From: Octopus sinensis | Taxonomy: Eukaryota | NCBI RefSeq assembly: GCF_006345805.1 | Contig: NC_042998.1 | Coordinates: forward strand, 16,678,001 to 16,742,000 | DNA length: 64,000 bases | Reading direction: 5' to 3' | Shown: piece after piece, positions 39,031 through 51,686 of the stretch | Layout of the letters: each line of letters starts with the position of its first letter | Numbering within the stretch: position 1 is the first letter of the stretch | Position numbers and translations under genes: made by a program | Notes under the pieces: generated by a model | What the model saw: the letters and a program-made list of their open reading frames with translations, nothing else | Database searches by the model: none | What the model was told of the DNA's origin: nothing

Positions 39031-41702
39031 GTAATATTTATAACTTTATCCATCTGAGTTTACCAATACTACATATCATATAGATCTGCTTTGGATGTGT
39101 AACGATCTATGAAGACACCTTTCGCAGCACTCCAGTGTCTACATCCTTCCCCTTTTCTATTATACCATAGCCTTTCTGTACCTTCCAATGCAATATTCTT
39201 TTCATGATCTTAATATTTGGATTCGGCATCCAAAGCCATGTAGTCATAGATACAGTAATATATGTGTATTTTCGCATATATACGTGTTGGTGCATATATG
39301 TGTATAGGTTTAAAGAAAACTCTGGTTGTGTCTTGCTCTGTTATGTCCCAACTTCCAAACAATAAAACGTATAAGAAACAAATAAAGGAAACTAAGACTT
39401 GAAATACAATATTAATTCAAATTTATTACGTCAAATGTTTGGTTTCCAAAACACTCTATGAAATATGATTGGATTTCTACAGAATGTATTTAATCAATCA
39501 TAAAATAACAATAAGGAATGTATTTTGTCATTTTATGCCAATATTTTCTGCAGAAATTGGATCCATCCCTGTGTTGGTGCATTTCATTAAATCAAGTAAA
39601 TTATACGTTTATATGAAACTTCAGTAGAATTTTACTGTCGGCAATTTGAAATCCCTAAAGTAGGAAGGGACGAATAGACCTACTCTCGTGTAAGAATTGG
39701 AATCATTTTGAAATCCTTATTGAAAATGTAAGAGAAAAATTGTGAGCATTAGGAAAGTGCAATCACACACAATATTTTGCGATATTTACTGGTACACCTT
39801 TATGATCTGAGTTAAAATCATGACCCGATAAACTTCATCTTTCACCTTTCTATAGTTCCTAAAAATAAAATGAGTTATCAACAATAACCGATTTCCACAA
39901 ACAAGGAATCAATATTTGGACAACACTGACTCTGTCTTTCCTTCCGCCCAGAAAGCGTAAATAATTACCAGGCATGTTCAAAGGTCAAGTCTATCAAATA
40001 TTATCCTTGTATCAATATAATATATCAATATTCTACAGAATGATCAAAGGAAAATAAAATTCTACCGGGAAAGCAAACTATTAATATCCATTATCAACAC
40101 TGAAACATCAATATTTATTTCTCGTTAATATTCATTTAACTCAGTAAATGCATTACAAGAGTGAATTATGAGAATCATCAAATTCTTGAAATTTTGAAGA
40201 CATGGTCACTCGAATATAATTTCTTAAGTTATTACTAAGAATTCTTCGAAAGTATGTTCAACAAGTACTGAGGTGATCGGTGTATCGACACAGAACAATA
40301 AACTTCCTCGGTAAAAATATATTTTGATTTCAGAGTGTATAAATATAGTTTATAGTCATGATACGCAATATGCCAGCGATTTTTAACTATTATAACTGGA
40401 GGTATTAACCTTACGAGTAGTTAAAGTAATTTATTAGATGAAGAATTCTAACTATTTTAGTATCATTCCAATCATTAATCATTTATACATTTCATATGTG
40501 ATATAAAAGTATACCTCGTAAGGAAATACCGTATAGTTTATAAAATAATGCTGGCACGAAAGATTAACCGCCATTTTTTTATACATCCTAATGTTGAAAA
40601 TGATAAGTACTTATAGTATTATACATATATACACTCTATACTGTGTATAATATTTTATTGCAAATAAAAAGAAACAACTCCACACAAACTATTTGAGCTG
40701 TTGGGGGTCCCATTTGTAATCATATAGGTGATGTTGAAATTAGAAGATTTTAGCAAAAAGAATTATATCAACCCAAGGCATAATTTGGGGGTAGGAATAG
40801 CAAGGGAGAGTAAAATATCGGTCGTATGCGTCATACTTGAAATAGAAGACAATCTAGAAGGTAGAATTGTCTTCAACTACCAAATAAAGATTCGCTCCCA
40901 CCAAAAGGTCCTTATAGACAACGTTGCTTTGGTGGGACAAGATCTGATCTAAATGAAGAGGACCTGCACAGGGTAGAGTAGTTGACTTGGTGGGCGAGAA
41001 AGCAACGAAATCGCATAGTTTAACATTCGTGAAAGGGAGGTAGTATGACTTGGAAGGTGAAGTCATGTATACAGAAACAAAAACGCCAAGAAAGACGGTA
41101 GAATAGTTGCCTAAATGTAGAATGGGGCAATCATCATCCGGAAAATGGCAGAAAGCAAACAATTAGTGACCGGTAAGATATTGCTCCCTGAAAATTTCAC
41201 TCAATTTTGTAGGTAATATCCCATACACACTATCCTGGATGCACTGTTAAAGATGAAAGAAGTTACACTGAAAATGTAACATTTATATTTGCAGATTTTT
41301 AGAACAGAAGATCTGCACATATGAATTGTACAAGAGCAAAGGCCCAATAGAATCATGCATTTCCTTTATAGACGATTGGTACTAATTTAGCACTCTGCAG
41401 ACTGTCATGATGATGTGCCGTTCAATTGATTATGTCATCATATCAAAGAGGTCAATACCAAAAGAAAGTGCACACGACAAATTTTCTGTAACTGAATGAT
41501 AGAGTTGGTGTAGAACCAATAAAACAGACGAGAATCTTTTTTTCAAGTTCCACGTTTAGCCATGCCACGTCATAAACCGAAATGAGTTAAGGCATGCAAT
41601 ATTTAAATTGGTAAAGCGGATACAGATGAGAAGCAACCTTAACTGAGTTTGTATTATGTAAATAAGAATGACAGCGTGTCATTTAAATGAAGGAGAGAGA
41701 AG

Positions 41703-41880
41703 GCGGCGAGCTGGCAGAATCGTTAGCACGCTGGGCGAAATGCTTAGCGTTATTTCGTCTGCCGCTTCGTTCTGAGTTCCTTTCATCCTTTCGAGATCGA
41801 TTAAATAAGTACCAGTCACGCACCAAGATCGATGCAATCGATTTAATTCCCTTCCCCAAATAATATGCCTTCTGCTTCCA
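41703..41880 (+). mobile_element. tRNA-derived SINE family B (internally deleted)
   Basis: GGCGGCGAGCTGGCAGAATCGTTAGCA head, followed by TTTCATCCTTTCG...AAATAAGTACCAG. Confidence 0.7.
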
Positions 41881-43554
41881 ATAGAAAGGGTTTAAAGGAA
41901 GAGTGAGGCTGAGTGAAAATGTGGAACAAATAAACTATTGTCATGGGAGACGGCTAGAATTATTTCTCATTCGCTTCCTCTGCGGCATGCTTCTTAATCT
42001 CACAAGTCTAAAGTATTGCACCAACTAATAGGGCCGTGTCTGCACGTGTTGAGAATTTAGTGTTGTGGCGAGTTCTCTCCAATTTATCCACTAGGACTGA
42101 AGCACAGCTTCGTACAGCTGTATGAAAGAATGCTTAGAGTATCGCCTGATTAGAATGATAAAAACTTTTCGTATGGAATGATAAAAGTTTTCAAAGAAAG
42201 GGGAAAGTTACAAGACAAGCACAGTATAAAATAAGACAGATCCAGAATCGTAAAATATGAAGTAGTGTCGGTCAATCTCAATCACAAACATCACTACCAC
42301 TTTGTAGTACCTAAAGATATGAGCTTAATATGCGGTGCAGAGAATGAAAGGTAGAGAAAACAAAATCATCAGAGTCCATTATGACGAACATCAGTGAAAA
42401 ACTGGCTGGAAAGAGAAAAGAGACATTGGCATGCTGACGAGGTGGCATGACCAAAATCCCCTTTTGTTATATCAAAGATTTATTTGCTAGGATATTTAGA
42501 ATGCTAATTAAATATTTCTCGAACAAGGGATATCATATATATTCCTTGATTCACATAAATCAAGTTTAGCTAGTGTGTCTAGGTAGCATTGCTTCCAACG
42601 TAACACACAACAGGAATAAACACACAACTACTCAATCCCCAGGTAACCCAGTCTACACGTCTTGAAATATCGCTAATTTGAGAGGATACGTAATTTATGA
42701 GCAAGGATAAGTTAGTCCTAAAATCACGAGTAGCATGCCTTAACCATGCCACCATGAAAACCAAAATATTCTCCAAACTTGTGCCACAATATACATTGGT
42801 AGGGAAACAATCCCGCTTTATTATTCGTTCTGCCAATGATATTGTTGTAGTTTTTAATACAAAAAATTCTTTATGGTGTGTATGAATGATTTCTTTTTAT
42901 AGAATTCCGACTTTCGTTAAGCAAATACACGTATACACAAACATAACTACATACCACTCACACTCACTTTCACACACACTTTCACACACACACACTCATA
43001 CGTACGCACTCACATATGAACGCCACATATGAATGCATAAACAAATATTAGAGAGGTAATATATATCCCCACTTCAAAGAGGATGTTAGATTACAACAAA
43101 TTTTACAACGGTTGTTACCATGTGGGAGTCACTTGTATTTGCTTTTTGGTGCAAAATGCATTCTTGTTTATATAGGTAACGAGAAGGGAAATGCCTGCTA
43201 CGTTAGCGCCGAGACTAGATTACGTATTTTTATATTTTTCTGGCTTTCATACATCGCAGAAAGCATCTCCAATGGATAAAACAATCGGTAGCTCATAGCA
43301 GCGAACTGTATACATTAAATAGTGTTCATCTCTCCTCGAATGATGCTTTCACGTCATTGGTGCCAAGCTGTATCGGCCTTCCACTTCTTTTGGATAACAT
43401 TGGAAGCATAGAGAAATGGCGGCTGGTATGCATGTGCGACTGCTGGTCTTCCATAAACAAACTTGCCTCCATTTGTGCTTCGGAAAGAGACTTTCTAGGT
43501 GCAATTCCATATATGTATATATACATATATGTGTGTGTATATATACACCTTCTG

Positions 43555-43615
<61 letters not shown>

Positions 43616-44769
43616 TACATATATATATACATATACGCATAAATATACATATACAGACATAAAGATCACCTCTTGGTTTTGAGGTCATTTCTTTCAGTCA
43701 TCCGATATTTAAAGTACACAATCTTTAATTTCAGCATGTTGGCAAATAGTATAGTTTACACACGTATACATCCATAAGATATATCTCAAGAAGCGTATAG
43801 GTAACGCAGAACGTTGTAACATTATGTCTGTGATTATGTGTACACATTGGCAGTTTTAGACAGAAGTACATTTATATTTTATTCTTTTGTATAGTTCGTA
43901 CATATTTTCTTTTGTGTTTTTCATGTCATCACCTCCAAAGAATTATGATGTATTAAAGCTTTTATATTTCGTAAATTTTACTGATGGATATTATGCTTGG
44001 GAAAACGTTTCACAAGAAATCATTAAATAAGTATTAAACCGCCAGCATATAAACAAAATAACGTATTCACATGATTTAATAGTGGCAACAATTCATCATT
44101 TTATTACCGTTTCTTTAAATATTTCTACTTGAATAACCTATTTTAAATATCATTGAATATCGCTTCACGCTCGTTTACCATCCCGACTCTGTTTCTTCCG
44201 CCTTTTCCGTCGGAAAATTACAATAGTATTTTACATTGAAATATTTCAATTAAAATATAAAACTATAAACTATACAATATACCGTTCCAGGCTCTAAAAT
44301 AATGTAAATGACGAATAATGATAAATCAATTGTAATTAAGAAGTCATTAAATTTTAAGAGCGTATAAAATTGCGAAGTAAAATGCAAAAATAATCAACTA
44401 AACGAGTAAAAATGAAAATAATATAATAAAGTTGTTCGGAATTTATTCAGTTATGCTGCATAGGGAAATATATTTAGTACACCATTTAGCTTTCTAATTC
44501 GATAATATTTAAATATTTCATTCGCGTTGTTACGTTACGTCTTTATTGGTTTTCCTTACAATTCTTCAGTTTTCGATGTAATTCCCGTATTCAAAATTGA
44601 AAACTTAAAATCCAATGATGCTTTATTATTATGTTTTGTGTTGTTTTTTTTATAAATGTAGTTTAGTCTATTTCGTCAACAACATAGGTATAGTCATCAT
44701 GTCTTAAAAACGCATAATAACATTCAACTCCTATAAATCTATGTATAGCTCTATGGTGTCAAACTTAAC

Positions 44770-44875
44770 GAGGATGCATCGATACTCTAAAACCATAATT
44801 ATAGCAGACATCTCTTTCTCTGTCTCTCTGTCTCTCTCTCTCTCTATATATATACATATATTACATATATATATA

Positions 44876-44935
<60 letters not shown>

Positions 44936-45022
44936 ATATATGTATAGAGAGAGACAGAGACAGAGAGACAGAGAAAGAGATGTCTGCTATAATTATGGTT
45001 TTTAGAGTATCTATGCATCCTC
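44770..45022. repeat. Near-perfect palindrome centred on a (TA)n tract
   Basis: GAGGATGCATCGATACTCTAAAACCATAATTATAGCAGACATCTCTTTCTCTG... is mirrored by ...CAGAGAAAGAGATGTCTGCTATAATTATGGTTTTTAGAGTATCTATGCATCCTC. Confidence 0.9.
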
Positions 45023-46051
45023 TTCTCTGTGCCTCTGTATGTATACATGTATATTTCTTTATACGATTGCTTTAATTTATGTATATTGTTCTAAGCGAAA
45101 AAGCCAGTTTCCAACAAAGAAATAACGACAATATCAAGTACTTGTCAAAATTCACCTCACAGAATTTGAAACATAGGTTCATATTCGAAGGCGACTAAGC
45201 TGTATAAATGCTTACAGCTTCGCTTTTCATCCCAAATAAATATTCAGATTTCTAATGTTTGCTCTTTGCAACTGTTTTCATGGGAAAAGTTTTAGAATAT
45301 TCTTTGGGCTGAAATATATTTGTGTATTTCAGAGGAAATGTGTTGGTTGTATTTATCGCGGGGCAGTCTTCCCTGCAGATTGCATGGCACATCATTGTCG
45401 TAGTAACATTATCTCGCAGTCATATATATCATCTCGATAGTTTTGGCCTAGTAATGGATATGTGTATTACGTCCTATATAAGGATATGTCATCCTTGACA
45501 TTTGAAGTTATCGATTGAGAATTTATGTATATATGTAGCTATGTGTCTATGTATGTATGTATTCATATATGCATGTATGTATGTTTGTACGTACGTATCT
45601 CTGTACGAAACTATGACAACGGGACTGATTTGCGGAGTAGCTTAGAGATATTCCATATTTTCTCACCTTTTCTTTTCTGTTTTCTGCTTAGTTATCAATT
45701 GTATTTCCAGCATTTTGTAATAGGAGAAGGCAGACATTTGTTTTCATTCTTCAATGTTTCATGAATTTAACCTAGCTAACTCATGCTCCCTATTCTTTCT
45801 GTCCATGCATGCAAATGCATTTAGGTCATGCAAAAGTAGAACAAATCAAACGTAATTTCTTCTCACGTACACACACACATTCTTTACATAAAAACACACA
45901 CACTTTCAAATAATCACATTCGCGTCAGACGATATAAACGTACGCGTCAGAAATTAAGTCCCATTTAGAGCAGTTACGCCAATTACACTTGCCACCTTCT
46001 CAGTCCAACCACACAACAATTAATGTTGCATTCTCGAAAGTCAAACTAAAA

Positions 46052-47090
46052 TCAGGTCATCCCATAAGTTCTGTCCGAATTTGGAATAAAGGAAACAAGT
46101 GATCAAATGTTATATTTAATTGAAATTTAATCATCAATCTACTTTCCTTGATCATATACGACTTCCTTCCATCTATTTACGAGCATTTTCATCTCATCAA
46201 TGTAAAACTCTCTTGGCTTCAAAGCGTAGTACCCTGAAATGTCAGTTTCGAACTCCTCCTGGCTTGCAAAAGTTATATCCTCCAAATGATTCTGTAAACT
46301 ACGAAACAAACTGTAGTCTCAAGGAGCAAGGCCGGGAGAATAAAGTCGATGAGGAACTTTTTCCCAACCAAGCTCTTCAATCTTCTGTGATGTGATCTTT
46401 GCAGTGTGGGGTGGCGCATTGTCCTGATCAAACATCACTCATTTTCAATCTACTAAGGCAGGTCTTTTTCTCTTCAAATCTTGGTTCAAACGCTCTAATT
46501 GCTGACAGTAAACTTGAACATTGATTATTGCATTAGATGGTAACAATTCAAAGTGAAATATTCCTTTGCAACCCCACTAGTTAGAGAGAAGAACCGTTTT
46601 CCCATGAAGTTCCTTTCTCGGTTGTGGTTGAGCTTTTTTCCCTTCTATCAAGCCAGTGTTTACGACGTTTAACATTTCGATAGAAGATCTATTTTTCATT
46701 GCCAGTCACAAGTCTATCCAAAAAGGGTGAAAGGATTTGGTGAGAATGGAGATAAGAGCAGGTGAAAACTCGGGTTTTGGGGTTGCTTTCGGACAGTTCA
46801 TGAGGTACACATGTCCCACGTTTAGGAAACTTTCCAACTTGTTGAAGAAGTCGCCGAGAAGTTGTATGGTTTGATCTAAGCTTTGTTGCCATTTCTTCAA
46901 CTGATAATGCAGGATTTTCTTCAAGTAATACCCCAAGGAGCTTATCATCAAACTCAACTGGATATCCTGTTCGCTTTTCATCTTCAAGGCTGAAATCTCT
47001 AGTTCTGAATATTGCAAACCATCTTCTGCAAGTTCTATCATTCAAGCATTCGTTCCTATAAACCGAGTGTATGTTTCAAGTCGCTTCGGC
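46052..47090 (-). mobile_element. Mariner-family transposon, decayed transposase with one TIR
   Basis: RRWFAIFRTRDFSLEDEKRTG, CVPHELSE (WVPHEL), FLDRLVTGNEK, QDNAPPHTA and YSPGLAP*DY (YSPDLAP) motifs. A mariner-like terminal sequence is at about 46,052-46,080. The 5' end is lost at the PLE-like block. Confidence 0.88.
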
Positions 47091-47094
47091 TGCC

Positions 47095-47720
47095 CCCTGA
47101 ACATCAACAACGCAACTAACAACAAAAACAACAACAAAACTAAATAACCACGATATCAACAACATGAACGAACACACAAATACAGAATGATACAAGAACA
47201 ATACCAAATGTGAAAAGAACAACAGCAGCAGAAACAGAAGAGAAAACGCTGGCGAAGGGAGGGTAAATGTACCACTAAGAACAACAGCGATAATGATGAC
47301 AACAATATAAAGTGCACAACCTGTATATACATGTATAAGCACACATGCACATAGACACGCGTACCCACATACAAAAGCACACACACACGCAGAGGCACAC
47401 ACATACATGTACACACACATACACACTAATACAGATGCAAAAACATGCAGATGTGAAGATACACATCATATAACAGAATTGACTTAGCGGGGCCGAAGCA
47501 TACATGCAGACAGAAAGTGTCGCAGATGTGTGACGAAAGGTGTCCGGACAACGGTCATGGGTTAAAATAAGAACAATAATCAACGAGTGAAGAAGGAATA
47601 CATTGTGCGTGTGTTTCATGGCAAATAAAAGAAATGACCGTCCTGAAGTACAACAATATATAATTCAACATATGGTTTCACATCAGAAATCTTGCAACAG
47701 ATATTCATAAGCGTATACAT
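47095..47720 (+). mobile_element. Older diverged 3' end (pseudo-LTR) of the same PLE family as 50,092-51,597
   Basis: Collinear similarity, e.g. TGTGACGAAAG, GTGCGTGTGTTT..TGGC..ATGACC and TTCAACA...TTCACAT..AAATCTTGCA, ending in a (TACA)n/(CA)n tract. Confidence 0.6.
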
Positions 47721-47768
47721 ACACACATACATACATACATACATACATACATACATACATACATACAT

Positions 47769-47833
<65 letters not shown>

Positions 47834-47990
47834 ATAATTATTCGAGGGAATATTAATCCTAACTTAGAGGGAAAAAATTCAATTTAGAAATACTAAATAA
47901 AATTTCACACAATATAATATATATATATATATAGAATATAATATATATATATATATATTCTATATATATAATGTATATATATATATATAT

Positions 47991-50091
47991 TGTTATATTT
48001 CGGAAAGGTCATATTGCCAGTTTAGCCAATAAAAACACACGCACTATATATTTGGTGTTATTTTGCTTCAGTGATATTTATTTTTTACATTAATCTTAAT
48101 CTTATTTCGGCCAAAGTTCTTTCGTCACACTCCTGTGACCGCATCAGTGGTCCTTTGTTTTCTTCTCACTTACTTGTGTCTCTCCTTACTAACCGTCAGC
48201 CATTTTGTATTTCTATTGCATGTCATCATTTGCGCATGCTTATATCTCTATGTGCGTCTATGTTTATTTAGTGTGTGTGGGGGGATGCCTGTAATATTTG
48301 TATCTTCTGGTTATATACATTCTTGTAATTTGTATTTTGTTTTTGTTGTTGTTGCTTTTGTTCTAATTTTGTTCATGTGTTTACATCCACCCATTATTAT
48401 CATTACATATGCTTGTATGTATGTATAACAACAATATTAGTAATAATAATAATAATAAATCTAATCGAAAAAAAAATATATACATATACATATATATATA
48501 TATACATACATATACATATACATATACATACATATATACACACATACATACACATATAGATATTCATTTCTATTTCTTTAATTACCTGTGTATTTATTAT
48601 GTTTGCAGGATCCACTATTGTCATATGTTGTGGTGTGCTCTATTGCTCCATTCTAGTTTTCTATTCAGGCTAGGTTTATTTTCTATTATATGTGTAGCTT
48701 CTGTAATTTGTCTAATTGTTGCATCTGTTCTATGTGTGGACAATATTTAATCTCTATGTTATTGATTGATCCCCCGTGTTCTTGTTCGGCGTGTTGGTAC
48801 AGAATCGATGAGCTTTTACCTTCCTTGAGTTGTCTCCAATGTTCATTCACCCGCTCACCAATGCTTCTTGCAGTTTCCCCTACGTATGTTACTGTCTTGT
48901 TACTGCATCGTCCCTCTATACATCTTATACTATAGACCACATTTCTGGCTTTACAGTTCGTTTGTGGGCTAAATCTACATACAGTGCAATAGTTATCCGT
49001 ACAGAGAGTTCTACTAAAAGGATAGCTTCTACCAATTATAGATCTGATAGGGTTGCCTGGCTTTTCAACAACCTTAATTCTTAGTTTAAGTTTATCTAGG
49101 GTCCTTCTAAAGCGGTACGCTAGTTCACCTCCAGGGGTGGTGTCAACGAACATGACACTCTGGTATTTATGGCTATCATACCAAGAGTTGGCCTTCCCTA
49201 TTTTCTTTTTTTTTTTTTTTTTTTTCTTTCTATAGTGTTCCATGACTTGTTCCTATAGAGTGGGCAAATCCCATTCCTATCATTACATAATATATTATCA
49301 AATTTCTTCATGGCTCCTTTGTATACTCTGATCCTTTCTTTATGGCTGTAACCTGTGAACTGCATGCGGTGAATGAAATACTGTATGTGTCTCTTTAATT
49401 CTGTAGGCTCGCACATGCGTGACACATTTCTCATTATTCTGACGAGGTCTGCCATCAAAATATTGAATTTGGCATTGCCCGCAATGGCTGAGTTCCGGTG
49501 GATCAGGTATTTTGAGGCCATAGGTTTTGCATAGTATGAACGAAGGATTTGGGTTTTAATTTTCACAATTTCTAGCCAGAGTTCAGTGTCTAGTACTGGT
49601 AGTCTATGGTTGGGGTGTTTAGTGGGGTAGTCTATTGTGACCTTAATACTCTGGAGGATGGAGTTAGCTATTTGCTGGATGCTCTCCATAGTATTAGTTT
49701 CTATTACTATATCAACAGTACTCTCTTGTGGGGGTGCCTTTACTACTATATTGATATCATCAACATAGCGAGAGTACATGTTTACGAGTATGGATTTCTG
49801 CAGTAGGCATTCTTTAAGCCTTCTGTCCCACCATACCATGAAGAGGTTGGCCACATCACCAGCGATACTAACACCGATGGCTGCCCCCTCGTCCTGGGCA
49901 TATATTTTATTATTAAATTTAAATGTGTGGTCTTTTAGGGTAACTCTTATACTAGCTCCTAGTGCATGTGCGATCATTTTCTTTACCTGGTGGACATTTG
50001 CGGGGCTCCGTATGGCTCTGGTCCATCCGCGCCATCTTTCTATATGTGTCCTCCTAGCCATAGAAGTAATTGTAAGCGGTCTACCTCTTAA
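47991..50091 (-). mobile_element. Penelope-like retroelement (Neptune-like, Cys-rich linker), 5'-truncated: RT C-terminal half + GIY-YIG + 3' pLTR
   Basis: ORF 49198..50061 has YAQDEGAAIGVSIAGDVANLFM and YSRYVDD, and 48686..49243 has CTDNYCTVC...C...VVYSIRC...YVGETARSIGERVNEH. The only breaks seen are a poly-A expansion at about 49,205-49,225 and a 1-nt deletion at about 48,748. Confidence 0.92.
48109..48153 (-). ncRNA. Minimal type I hammerhead-ribozyme-like motif in the PLE pLTR (left arm)
   Basis: Exact reverse complement of 51,372-51,416. Confidence 0.55.
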
Positions 50092-51597
50092 ACCTCGTCA
50101 GAATAATGAGAAATGTGTCACGCATGTGCGAGCCTACAGAATTAAAGAGACACATACAGTATTTCATTCACCGCATGCAGTTCTCAGGTTACAGCCATAA
50201 AGAAAGGATCAGAGTATACAAAGGAGCCATGAAGAAATTTGATAATATATTATGTAATGATAGGAATGGGATGTGCCCACTCTATAGGAACAAGTCATGG
50301 AACTCTATAGAAAGGACAAAAAAGAAAATAGGGAAGGCCAACTCTTGGTATGATAGCCATAAATACCAGAGTGTCATGTTCGTTGACACCACCCCTGGAG
50401 GTGAACTAGCGTACCGCTTTAGAAGGACTCTAGATAAACTTAAACTAAGAATTAAGGTTGTTGAAAAGCCAGTCAACCCTATCAGATCTATAATTGGTAG
50501 AAGCTATCCTTTTAGTAGAACTCTCTGTACGGATAACTATTGCACTGTATGTAGATTTAGCCCACAAACGAACTGTAAAGCCAGAAATGTGGTCTATAGT
50601 ATAAGATGTATAGAGGGACGATGCAGTAACAAGACAGTAACATACGTAAGGGAAACCGCAAGAAGCATTGGTGAGCGGGTGAATGAACATTGGAGACAAC
50701 TCAAGGAAGGTAAAAGCTCATCGATTCTGTACCAACACGCCGAACAAGAACACGGGGGATCAATCAATAACATAGAGATTAAGATATTGTCCACACATAG
50801 AACAGATGAAACAATTAGACAAATTACAGAAGCTACACATATAATAGAAAATAAACCTAGCCTGAATAGAAAACTAGAATGGAGCAATAGAGCACACCAC
50901 AACATATGACAATAGTGGATCCTGCAAACATAATAAATACACAGGTAATTAAAGAAATAGAAATGAATATCTATATGTGTATGTATGTGTGTATATATGT
51001 ATGTATATGTATATGTATATGTATGTATATATATATATATGTATATGTATATATTTTTTTTCGATTAGATTTATTATTATTATTACTAATATTGTTGTTA
51101 TACATACATACAAGCATATGTAATGATAATAATGGGTGGATGTAAACACATGAACAAAATTAGAACAAAAGCAACAACAACAAAAACAAAATACAAATTA
51201 CAAGAATGTATATAACCAGAAGATACAAATATTACAGGCATCCCCCCCACACACTAAATAAACATAGACGCACATAGAGATATAAGCATGCGTAAATGAA
51301 GACATACAATAGAAATACAAAATGGCTGACGGTTAGTAAGGAGAAACACAAGTAAGTGAGAAGAAAACAAAGGACCACTGATGCGGTCACAGGAGTGTGA
51401 CGAAAGAACTTTGGCCGAAATAAGATTAAGATTAATGTAAAAAATAAATATCACTGAAGCAAAATAACACCAAATATATAGTGCGTGTGTTTTTATTGGC
51501 TAAACTGGCAATATGACCATTCCGAAATATAACATTATCTGTTTCAACACACGACTTCACATAAAAAATCTTGCACAACAAATATTTAAACGTATAT
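50092..51597 (+). mobile_element. Inverted partial copy of the same PLE (thumb + GIY-YIG ORF + 3' pLTR ending in (TA)n)
   Basis: ORF 50106..50909 (267 aa) is open through the GIY-YIG region (YVRETARS). 50,092-51,534 is the near-identical reverse complement of 47,991-49,448. Confidence 0.92.
51372..51416 (+). ncRNA. Minimal type I hammerhead-ribozyme-like motif in the PLE pLTR (right arm)
   Basis: GGACCA-CUGAUG-CG-GUCACA(GGAG)UGUGAC-GAAA-G(AA)C-UU-UGGCC. It has a 6-bp helix II, a 2-bp helix III, a CUU cleavage triplet and helix I GG(A)CCA/UGGCC. Core position 9 is C instead of A. Confidence 0.55.
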
Positions 51598-51602
51598 ATA
51601 TA

Positions 51603-51686
<84 letters not shown>

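Noticed and set aside
48720-50830. ADAR (A-to-G) imprint between the two PLE arms
   Set aside because: The mismatches found by eye are mixed (A/T twice, T/G twice, C/T twice, C/A, and only one A/G), so there is no editing bias.
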